From a virus (taxonomy: Duplodnaviria; Heunggongvirae; Uroviricota; Caudoviricetes): a DNA stretch of 32,078 nt. The translations under genes were made by a program, and so were the position numbers. Shown here piece after piece: positions 24,004-32,078 of this stretch; within the stretch, counting starts at the first letter, position 1; every line of letters starts with the position of its first letter. The notes beneath the pieces are model-generated. The model did not search any database and was not told where the DNA came from. It saw only the letters and a program-made list of their open reading frames with translations. The stretch lies in IMG/VR virus record IMGVR_UViG_3300028886_003642; one strand, 5' to 3'.

Positions 24004-24723
24004 GTGAGTATAGATGTAAAAGAAACCTATTTAGATTTTAATAGCCTGTCTGAAAGAAGTTACACAGATATGATTGTAATTCATCATACAGGTAGTCCTG
24101 ATATGGATGCAAGTGCTGAACAGATTCATGGTTGGCATCTTAATAATGGCTGGTCTGGTATTGGATATCATTATGTTATTCGTAAAGATGGTGCTATTGA
24201 ACGTGGTAGACCTGAGTGGTCTATAGGGTCACATGCTTATGGTGAAAATTCTCATACTATTGGTATTCATCTTAGCGGCAATTTTGAGCAAGCTTATCCT
24301 ACTGAAGATCAACTTGATCGTTGTGGGGCATTAATAGCTGATATTTGTGATAGATATGGGATTCCTATTGATCGTAATCATGTAGTAGGGCATGGAGAAC
24401 TTATGTCTACTGATTGTCCTGGTACTAATTTGCAAACTTATCTTGATGATGGTACTATTATTGGAAAAGCTATCTGGTATTATAATAAAGAAAATGGTAT
24501 TGAACAGACTGAAACACAAGTTGTAGAACAAGATGGGGGCAATCAAGGTGGTCGTGGTTCTGAAAGATTTAATACTTTAGATTCTTTACCTGATTGGGCA
24601 AAACCAACTATCGAAAAGATGATTAATAAAGGTCTGTTAAATGGCAATGGTGCAAGTTTAGATATTTCACTAGATATGATTCGTATATTTGTAATAAATG
24701 ATCGTGCAGGTCTATATAATTAA
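24004..24723 (+). CDS. endolysin, N-acetylmuramoyl-L-alanine amidase (Amidase_2) with C-terminal SLH-like domain
   Basis: IVIHHTG...IHGWHL...GWSGIGYHYVI...GSHAYGEN...IGI...GHGEL...TDCPG; LPDWAKPTIEKMINKGLLNG. Confidence 0.92.
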   Translation: MSIDVKETYLDFNSLSERSYTDMIVIHHTGSPDMDASAEQIHGWHLNNGWSGIGYHYVIRKDGAIERGRPEWSIGSHAYGENSHTIGIHLSGNFEQAYPTEDQLDRCGALIADICDRYGIPIDRNHVVGHGELMSTDCPGTNLQTYLDDGTIIGKAIWYYNKENGIEQTETQVVEQDGGNQGGRGSERFNTLDSLPDWAKPTIEKMINKGLLNGNGASLDISLDMIRIFVINDRAGLYN

Positions 24724-24731
24724 TTAGTCTG

Positions 24732-24759
24732 GGGCAAGTTGAACTGACTTGCCCTTTTT
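24732..24759 (+). terminator. intrinsic terminator after the endolysin
   Basis: GGGCAAGT/ACTTGCCC stem plus TTTTT. Confidence 0.85.
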
Positions 24760-24778
24760 CAGTTAGGAGGGGTTATAT

Positions 24779-25174
24779 ATGAAGAAGATTACAGTACAAA
24801 CAATAAAAGATAAAGATAAAGCAAAGACTCTTGCTGAAATGCTGTGTAGATTTTACAACTATGACGCTGTAGTAAATATTACAGATGATTTATTTAAGAT
24901 TACAAACTCAAGTAATAATAGATGGGATGATGTTTTAATTTCTTTGTCTGAGTCTGAAGATAATTATACATATCTTTATTTTTGGGAAAATGGAGAAAAG
25001 GAAATGAATTTAGCTGCATGTCTATCTATGTACGTTAATGCTGTTCCTAATCCTCTTCCTTCTACTTATTTTTTAGTTAATCATACAGATGCTGTATTTT
25101 GTAAGATTGAACTTGGAAAAGAAACTAACGTGGTAGATATTGCTAAAGGTATTCATACTTTCTTTGAGGAATAA
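24779..25174 (+). CDS. hypothetical protein
   Basis: 131 aa, AGGAGG RBS. Confidence 0.65.
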   Translation: MKKITVQTIKDKDKAKTLAEMLCRFYNYDAVVNITDDLFKITNSSNNRWDDVLISLSESEDNYTYLYFWENGEKEMNLAACLSMYVNAVPNPLPSTYFLVNHTDAVFCKIELGKETNVVDIAKGIHTFFEE

Positions 25175-25334
25175 TTTTTGTGGAAATTGGAGAAATAATG
25201 TATTCTCGTCCTGTTGCTATTAAAATAATAAAGAAAAATCCTAATGGCTCATACGTTATTCAGTATTTAGCAACAGGCAAAAAAGAAATTCTTACTGAAA
25301 TTGAACTTTTTCGTAAATTTCAGCCAAGATACTC

Positions 25335-25363
25335 TTGACAAATAGGGCAGTATGTGCTATAAT
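25335..25363 (+). promoter_or_regulatory. sigmaA promoter
   Basis: TTGACA-17-TATAAT. Confidence 0.7.
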
Positions 25364-25592
25364 TTTAGTATGATGAAGGAAAGGGGATATGCTTCATGTT
25401 ATACTTATTATATATCACTACTGCTCTTATTTTATTTACTTATTTTTTGGATAAGAGTAGACATATCTATGTTCGTATTTTCAGTTTTTATGCTAGTATT
25501 GGATGCAGTGTAGAAATGATATGTAAAATGTATGGCTTTTATTAACTTTTCGGCAAGTTTTCTATTTTTGCCAATATGCTACGGAGGTTTGC

Positions 25593-26645
25593 ATGAGAAA
25601 AATATATAATACTAATCAAGGAATTGACATTTATATTGATTTACTTGAAACTAGCTATCACGACCCAGAAACACAAAAATGGCTTTGGGATAAAGCTAAA
25701 GTAGTGTATAGCGGTCTTAATACTTCTCCACTTATGTTTTTAGATAATAAAGTAACCATTGGTTGGGAAGATGACGGACATATTTGCTTTGATTCAGATT
25801 GTCCAGTGTTTAATATTCTTTATTTTGAGATTCTTTTGCGTGACGGACAAAGTTTACTACAAAAGATTCAGAAAATTTCAGAAAAGGGGTGATACTTTTG
25901 CAAGAATCTATTAGATTTCAGTTAAAAGAATTGGAGAAAATGGCATTAGATCCAGAGCGTGAAGAACTTCAGAAAAAAGTTTCTCAATTTGTAGTAGACT
26001 CATTAAATAAATTAGAAGAACTTCAGATTGACCCTATGTATTCTACACAACTTCTTTCTGTTTTAGCTTCTGGCTATCCTGTAGTAACTTTAACAGAAGA
26101 TAACGCTAAGTGGAAAATGAATGAAACAGGAGATTTAGAACATTTTCTTTGCAAGCATGTAATTAAAAGAAATGATCAAATATTCAATACATTAGGCTAT
26201 GTATTTTTTGAGCCAGAAAGTGATAGAGGATTTACGGATAAAACTTACAGTATGAAGAAATTAGAGCTTCCTTGTCCTGCAACAGCATTAAATCCTGTAT
26301 ATTTACAGCTTAAATATAAATTGAATGAAAAATCTCTTGAAGATCAAGTAAAAACACTAATTGATTACAAACAGGCTAAAGAAACAGAGAATGAACATAT
26401 TAGAGAAACGTGAACTTGCTAAAGTTATCATTCAATACAATAAGGGCAACTTAGAACCTTTTAATGATATTACTAAAAAACATTGCCCTTCTGTATTTGA
26501 TTTACCTTGTGCTTGCTCTGATGGAAAAATTACTTGTAAGGGTAACTGTATTCTTTGTTGGAGTTTTGCTTTACGTGAATTTGCTTTTAATAATTTTGGA
26601 GTGGACTTAAATGAAATCAAACCAATGTCGAGAGCTATTGTATAA
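25593..26645 (+). CDS. three coupled hypothetical ORFs (25593-25892, 25889-26413, 26361-26645)
   Basis: Overlapping starts and stops; the last has a Cys cluster (CPSVFDLPCAC...CKGNCILCW). Confidence 0.6.
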
Positions 26646-26871
26646 TGTATTAGTCAAAACATCAAATATTGAAGATATGGAAAAACTTCTTTCTTCTTTG
26701 TGTTCTGAGTCTGAACTAGATAAGATGGCACAAAGACTAAAAGTTGCTAAAATGTTTTTGGAAGGTGCTAAATATAGAGATATAGTAAAAGAGACTAATG
26801 CTAGTACAGCAACTTTAGCTAAGATTAAATTTGACTTATTTTATGGGAAGAAGGGATTAGTAAATGTTTAA
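26611..26871 (+). CDS. YerC/YecD-like TrpR-related HTH protein
   Basis: LSSLCSESELDKMAQRLKVAKMFLEGAKYRDIVKETNASTATLAKI. Confidence 0.82.
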   Translation: MKSNQCRELLYNVLVKTSNIEDMEKLLSSLCSESELDKMAQRLKVAKMFLEGAKYRDIVKETNASTATLAKIKFDLFYGKKGLVNV

Positions 26872-27325
26872 AGGTAGTAGACATAATGGTGGTATTCGCT
26901 GGAGTAAGAAAAGAAGTTGGGATCTTTTTGCATATTTAGCTCCTTTTCTTGCTAGTGAATTACGTGCTTTTAAGAAGGCTAATATAAATGGTGTTCCCAA
27001 TTCTTTTGCTGAACTATCTAATGGAGATGTAGATAAGGGAATGGAACTTTGGCATGAAACTATAGATAAAATGTATTGGAGTTTTAATGAAATAGCAAAA
27101 GATCACCCAAATTCCCCTTGGAATATTGCTTGGGAAAAATATTGGAAAGAATATGGTCAATATAGAAAACCAGAAGATTGGTCTTATGAAGAAAATGGAC
27201 ATCATTATTATAATTCTGATGACCGATTTGTACCGCCACCAAAAGAAGAACAAGAAGAATATAATAATAAAGTAAAAGAAGGATTACATTTATTTGCAGA
27301 GCATTTTGAGGAGTTGTGGGATTAA
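26864..27325 (+). CDS. conserved phage hypothetical protein
   Basis: SWDL...LRAFK...WHETIDKM...GLHLFAEHFEELWD; resembles the C-terminus of 28723-29301. Confidence 0.65.
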   Translation: MFKGSRHNGGIRWSKKRSWDLFAYLAPFLASELRAFKKANINGVPNSFAELSNGDVDKGMELWHETIDKMYWSFNEIAKDHPNSPWNIAWEKYWKEYGQYRKPEDWSYEENGHHYYNSDDRFVPPPKEEQEEYNNKVKEGLHLFAEHFEELWD

Positions 27326-28575
27326 TTATGTATCTCAAACTATTTTTTAAAAGGCTATTTAAGCCTTATGACTTTAAATATATACATACAAATGATTATT
27401 ACTTAAATTTATTTTATGATGACCTTGTTAATTTAGATTGTAAAATCTGCTTAGAGCATGATAAGAATTATGTTAATCATTTATTATTTTTTTCAGATTA
27501 TGGTGGATACGCTTTTAAATTTAAGGATTGTCTTGAGTCTGCTGGATTTAAAGTAAAAACAACATTTTATAGCTTAGACGATGAAGATAGAGGTGGCATT
27601 TTATTTACAGTGTATTTGGACAATCTTTGGGAGCTGATGTAATGTTATCACGCAAAGAAGCTGTTCTTCAAATGATTGAAAGTAGAAATAAAGAATTAAC
27701 TAAAGACATCCCAGATCTTTTAGATAAAGTAAATGATAAAATTCAAATTTCTGTTAATAAAGGTTTTGGAGAGGTAAATGTTAATTTACATGGTGAAGAT
27801 ATTGAGTCTATTAAATCCTTAATAACATACTTAAAGGATAAGGGATTTTATGTTAAATTTTATACAGAAAGATTTGGTAATTTACCTAATGGGTTAAAAA
27901 TTCCTCATATAATTATTAGATGGGATTTGCCTTGGTGGAGGCGTTTATTTTGAGTGTATATAGATTATGTTATGTAGATAATAATATTTTATATTTTACT
28001 GACCATTTTAAGACACAATATGGAGATGATTTTGATGACGCTCCATATGAACATAATGCAGGAACACCGTATGAATGGGTATCTGATTGGACAGATGAAG
28101 AAAACATTAAACATGGTCATGGGCATTTAAGGATATTTGCTTATGAACATAATTGGCTTATTAAAAAACCTTGTGATAGTTATGGCTATAATAGTCCATA
28201 TTCAGTAGAGGATATAAATAATGGTGCTATAGCTTGGCTATTCTATGAGGATGCAGGAGGTTTAATGGCTGGAGCTACTATTAAAGAAGCTAAAGAATGG
28301 TTTAAAAAGGCTAATACTAGATTTGGGGAGCTAAAATTATGATACCTATTCAATATGTAACATTAGAAAAATTAACTCAAGAAGAAATAGATATTATAGT
28401 ATCTGGACTTAGACTTCTTAGAAAGAAAATAGTAGATGAACCTACTGGATTTGAACTTTTACCTATTTTATGCCTTATAGATGGGTTAAAGCCTTATACG
28501 ACTGATTTTAAAAATGGTAAAGACCCTGATACTGAAGAATATCTAAAGTATGTTGATAAAGTAATGGGGGAATAG
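27316..28575 (+). CDS. four coupled hypothetical ORFs (27316-27642, 27627-27953, 27920-28342, 28339-28575)
   Basis: Tight operon-like packing on the plus strand. Confidence 0.6.
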
Positions 28576-28722
28576 TAATGCTCACAAAATTATTACAAAT
28601 TTGGTTAGGAAAATCACAAAATTCTAAGAAACATAGTCTACGTTGGTGGGATCGTAAGTTATAACTAATAAAATGTATAATTTTTGTAAGTTTTACAGTT
28701 ATAACTAATAAAGGAGTATTTT

Positions 28723-29301
28723 ATGCGAAAAAGATTTGATTTTGTAGGGCATACTTTTAGGATTACTAAAAATTTTTCTTACAACATGGCATATGAAGCT
28801 TTTTGTAAGGGATATGTAGATCCTAAAGAGCTTATGGGCAAAGAAGTCTTAATCCCTAATGAATATGGCTATGAAAAAGAATATACAATAGTAGAAGTTG
28901 CTAATAAACAAATGGGATTAGATTTTTTTGGAAAACATGTAACTAGAACGTATATTACTGCTATAGATTCTGGACAAGGTAGACAATTATACTATTATTG
29001 GCAAAGAGATTGGCGAGGTTTTGACGGTTCCGAATTTTGGAGTTTAGATACTAAAATTTTAGAATTTTTAATTCCAAGACTGGAGAGATTTTCTAAAGTT
29101 GGTGGTGATCAAAAATGGTTTACTGGTTTTAAGAATGGGGAAGAAATTTGGGAAAAAGGTTCTAAGTTTGTAGATGAGATGGTTAAAGGTTTTAAAATAT
29201 TAAAAGAAAAGCAGTATACTACGTGTACTAATTATGACAATCAATGTATAAATAGAGCATTTAATTTATTTAAAGAACATTTTGGTAATCTTTGGACATG
29301 A
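28723..29301 (+). CDS. conserved phage hypothetical protein
   Basis: FWSLDTKILEFLIPRLERF...AFNLFKEHFGNLWT; AAGGAG RBS. Confidence 0.65.
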   Translation: MRKRFDFVGHTFRITKNFSYNMAYEAFCKGYVDPKELMGKEVLIPNEYGYEKEYTIVEVANKQMGLDFFGKHVTRTYITAIDSGQGRQLYYYWQRDWRGFDGSEFWSLDTKILEFLIPRLERFSKVGGDQKWFTGFKNGEEIWEKGSKFVDEMVKGFKILKEKQYTTCTNYDNQCINRAFNLFKEHFGNLWT

Positions 29302-29317
29302 TTAGGAGGGATGAGAT

Positions 29318-30496
29318 TTGAAAAGAAATAGATGGTTGATAGCTTTAGCTGCTAGTGGTATACATGTTTCGATTGGTTCAGTGTATAGCTGGAGTGTACT
29401 TACTTTACCTATAATAGCTTTAACTGGTTGGTCATTGACTAGTGTAACATTTATATTTAGTATATCTATTTTATTTTTAGGGTTATCAGCAGGGTTTTTA
29501 GGGAGTTTTGCTGAAAAGTTGGGGCCAATGAAGACGGGGTTAATATCAACAGCTTGTTTTATAACTGGACTGATTGGTTCAGCTTTAGCCATTTCAGTAC
29601 AAAATTTATGGCTCTTATATTTATTTTATGGTGTAATTGGGGGATGTGGGTTAGGGATTGGTTATATTTGTCCTGTAAGTACGTTAGTTAAGTATTTTCC
29701 TAAATCAAAGGGATTTGCAACAGGTTTAGCAATCATGTCATTTGGTTTTGCTTCTGTAATATCAGCACCACTTATGCAATATTTAGTTACAACTTATGGT
29801 TTAGTGTCTAATTTTTTAATTTTAGGATTTGGTTATGCTTTTATAATGATATTATCATCTTTATATCTTGCACCTCCAGAAAATTATGTAGAAGATACTC
29901 ATGTTATTGATGTTCCACCTAATAAAGTATACAAATCTTGGCAATTTAAGGCTTTATGGTTTATATTTTTTATCAATATTTCGTGTGGAATAGCCCTCTT
30001 ATCTGTAAATTCTATGTTATTACAAGATATTATAGGAGTTACGGCTGAACAAGCTGCTGGTATTGTTGGCATAGTTGGTTTAGTTAATGGTGGTGGAAGA
30101 ATACTTTGGTCAAGTTTTTCTGATATAATTGGTAGAAGTTATGCCTACATAATATTTTTTATATTAGAAGTAGTATTATTTTTCTTATTAACTGCAACTA
30201 CAAATCAATTTATATTTGTAATGGCTATATTATTGATAATATCTTGTTATGGTGGTGGATTTAGTTGTATGCCAGCTTATCTTTCAGATATATTTGGCAA
30301 TAAATATTTATCAACAATTCATGGTCGAGTGCTTACTGCATGGAGTGCTGCTGGAATTTGTGGCCCGCTACTAATTTCTTTTGGTAAAGAGGTTCTAGGT
30401 AGTTATACAATGACACTTTATGGATTTTCTTTTTTATTTATGATAAACTTAATTGTAGCGGTCTGGTTACATAGAAATAAAGAAATGATAATTTAA
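29318..30496 (+). CDS. OFA-family (oxalate:formate antiporter-like) MFS transporter
   Basis: NRWLIALA...GIHVSIGSVYSWS...YFPKSKGFATGLAIMSFG...NGGGRILWSSFSDIIGR...CYGGGFSCMPAYLSDIFG...IHGRVLTAWSAAG; about 12 TM segments. Confidence 0.9.
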   Translation: MKRNRWLIALAASGIHVSIGSVYSWSVLTLPIIALTGWSLTSVTFIFSISILFLGLSAGFLGSFAEKLGPMKTGLISTACFITGLIGSALAISVQNLWLLYLFYGVIGGCGLGIGYICPVSTLVKYFPKSKGFATGLAIMSFGFASVISAPLMQYLVTTYGLVSNFLILGFGYAFIMILSSLYLAPPENYVEDTHVIDVPPNKVYKSWQFKALWFIFFINISCGIALLSVNSMLLQDIIGVTAEQAAGIVGIVGLVNGGGRILWSSFSDIIGRSYAYIIFFILEVVLFFLLTATTNQFIFVMAILLIISCYGGGFSCMPAYLSDIFGNKYLSTIHGRVLTAWSAAGICGPLLISFGKEVLGSYTMTLYGFSFLFMINLIVAVWLHRNKEMII

Positions 30497-30518
30497 CTTA
30501 ATTTAATTTTATACAATC

Positions 30519-30550
30519 AAAGTCAAGGAAATTTCTCCTTGACTTTTTTT
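30519..30550 (+). terminator. intrinsic terminator after the MFS gene
   Basis: AAAGTCAAGGA/TCCTTGACTTT stem plus T-run. Confidence 0.8.
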
Positions 30551-30720
30551 ATTTCTTATGGTAAACTTATTTCAGAAAGCTAAAGAAAGGAAGTAATAGT
30601 ATTGGAAGCAGTTTTTGTAGTATTAGTAGCAATAGTTTTTCTGATTGCTGGTTTTGGGGCTTACTACCTCAACAAAGTTCTTAAAAAGTATTTAGGTTAA
30701 ATAGGAAGGAAGTTTTTGTT

Positions 30721-30909
30721 ATGAGTTGTAAAGATTGTGCATGTTATGACTGTGCTCAAAGAGATAATTGTGCAAGTTGTGGTTGTGATGGCGGTGGATG
30801 CACTTATGATGACCCTATTGGTTTTACTTCTGAATGTGATGATTATGAAGTAGACCCTTACAATGAAGCTAATTGGGATTATGACGAGGATGATGAAGAT
30901 GAAGATTAA
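30721..30909 (+). CDS. small Cys-rich protein with acidic tail
   Basis: CKDCACYDCAQRDNCASCGC...C...C; DEDDEDED terminus. Confidence 0.6.
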   Translation: MSCKDCACYDCAQRDNCASCGCDGGGCTYDDPIGFTSECDDYEVDPYNEANWDYDEDDEDED

Positions 30910-31357
30910 AAATTATATCACTACAACGTTAGTAGCAGGTTCTATTTTTTCTTTTTCCTATGCTGAAGCTACTCCTACTATGGTTCAAGCAGTAAATATA
31001 CCACAAGAAATAATGAATCCTAATGAGAATAGCAATTATCTTCTTGTATGGTCTAATTTAGGTAGTAAGTTTTATATAGACTTATCTTCTATTATCGTTA
31101 AGGAAAACGATGATAAAATTAGGTGGTGGGCATTAAATATTGTAGAACTCAATAAAAATAATGCTTATGTAGGTCAATTTCCGAGAGAATTCTGCTATGA
31201 CCGCACTAATGATCATACTCGTGTATGGGATTATAATGCTAAAGAGTGGGAAGATTTCTTCGCATACTCTACAAAATCTCGTATGCAGTTAGATGCAAGA
31301 GCCTTTAATTTAAGCTATATTTTTGCTTTTCAAGGAGGCAATCCTGTAGAAAAATGA
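30863..31357 (+). CDS. putative secreted/periplasmic protein
   Basis: MKIKNYITTTLVAGSIFSFSYAEA signal-peptide-like segment; true start probably about 30 nt downstream of the track start. Confidence 0.6.
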   Translation: MKLIGIMTRMMKMKIKNYITTTLVAGSIFSFSYAEATPTMVQAVNIPQEIMNPNENSNYLLVWSNLGSKFYIDLSSIIVKENDDKIRWWALNIVELNKNNAYVGQFPREFCYDRTNDHTRVWDYNAKEWEDFFAYSTKSRMQLDARAFNLSYIFAFQGGNPVEK

Positions 31358-31761
31358 GTAAATATTCTGCACGAATACAGAAAAATATTCAAGAAAGATG
31401 GGATATTGACCCAAAAGACTATTTTCCTTGGGTTAATTTAGAAAAAGTCTTACATTACTTAGATGTCTTTAAGAACAAATATAATATTTCTTCTGATGTA
31501 AAACTTGCTAAAATAATGGGAATGACTCCACAAGCTATATATCAAGCAAGAAATTCTATGAGATCTAAAATGACAGCTAGTAATGCTTCTAAATGGCTTA
31601 ATAGCTTAAATATTGATCCTAAAAGGGTATTAGTACCTAAAGCTTATACAGTAGAATTTTTAGAAGCCTTTCCAGAACCTCAAATGCAAGAAGCAATGAT
31701 ACGCAACAGAGAGACTATAAAAGCTTTTATCAATAAGCTAGAATCGAGGCAACAATGCTAA
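31354..31761 (+). CDS. HTH DNA-binding protein
   Basis: SDVKLAKIMGMTPQAIYQAR helix-turn-helix. Confidence 0.65.
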   Translation: MSKYSARIQKNIQERWDIDPKDYFPWVNLEKVLHYLDVFKNKYNISSDVKLAKIMGMTPQAIYQARNSMRSKMTASNASKWLNSLNIDPKRVLVPKAYTVEFLEAFPEPQMQEAMIRNRETIKAFINKLESRQQC

Positions 31762-32078
31762 CAATTATATTTGAAAACGGCGATTCATTTTCTATTCAAG
31801 ATAAGTATATCAAAGACCTTAGAATTATAGGAGTTACTGATAATTATTATCAAAATGAATCAAAAAAGTATTGGACTAAGAGTTGTAAGGAAATTTTCTT
31901 AGACTTTGAGCCTAACGATGATATTATTAAGCGTTTGGATATGTTTAGTGATATTAGTATTATTGAAGTAGATGGTCAGCGATTTTATGTACCTTTTAAG
32001 GGCTGTGAAGTAAATATCTATCAAAATATAGAGCATTTACTTAATGGTAATATAAGGATTATAATTAAGGAAGATTAG
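31755..32078 (+). CDS. hypothetical protein
   Basis: 107-aa ORF ending at the window edge with TAG. Confidence 0.55.
   Translation: MLTIIFENGDSFSIQDKYIKDLRIIGVTDNYYQNESKKYWTKSCKEIFLDFEPNDDIIKRLDMFSDISIIEVDGQRFYVPFKGCEVNIYQNIEHLLNGNIRIIIKED

Noticed and set aside
1-32078. Integrase, att site or diversity-generating retroelement
   Set aside because: No recombinase, reverse transcriptase or TR/VR repeat pair seen in this window; lifestyle cannot be settled here.

Overview
AT-rich (roughly 30% GC) segment of a large Firmicutes siphovirus-like phage; the lysis genes and a secreted protein look Negativicutes-like (inference). Genes diverge from a central AT-rich, iteron-bearing putative origin at about 18.4-18.9 kb. 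Minus strand: a DUF2828 (TROVE/Ro60-like + vWA) gene, a non-coding operon (five hairpin repeats, three tRNAs, a 67-nt structured element), an orphan ~135-nt RNA, terS, a terL split into five exons by four group I introns (two carry HNH genes), portal, scaffold, decoration, major capsid, head-tail genes, a major tail gene with a fifth group I intron, a Hef-like endonuclease and an RNA-repair-type HAD. Plus strand: a wHTH protein, an RHH protein, an ORF-less IscB omega-RNA element, a metallophosphoesterase, HNH-AP2, PhoH, holin/amidase, a YerC/TrpR-like protein and an OFA-family MFS transporter. Best candidate for an undescribed system: six 56-69 nt hairpins sharing CAGCAA and AUG internal motifs around the DUF2828 gene. 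One copy sits on its ribosome-binding site, and several variable loops look like tRNA anticodon stem-loops. All family calls come from motif recognition by eye; no database search or folding program was run.
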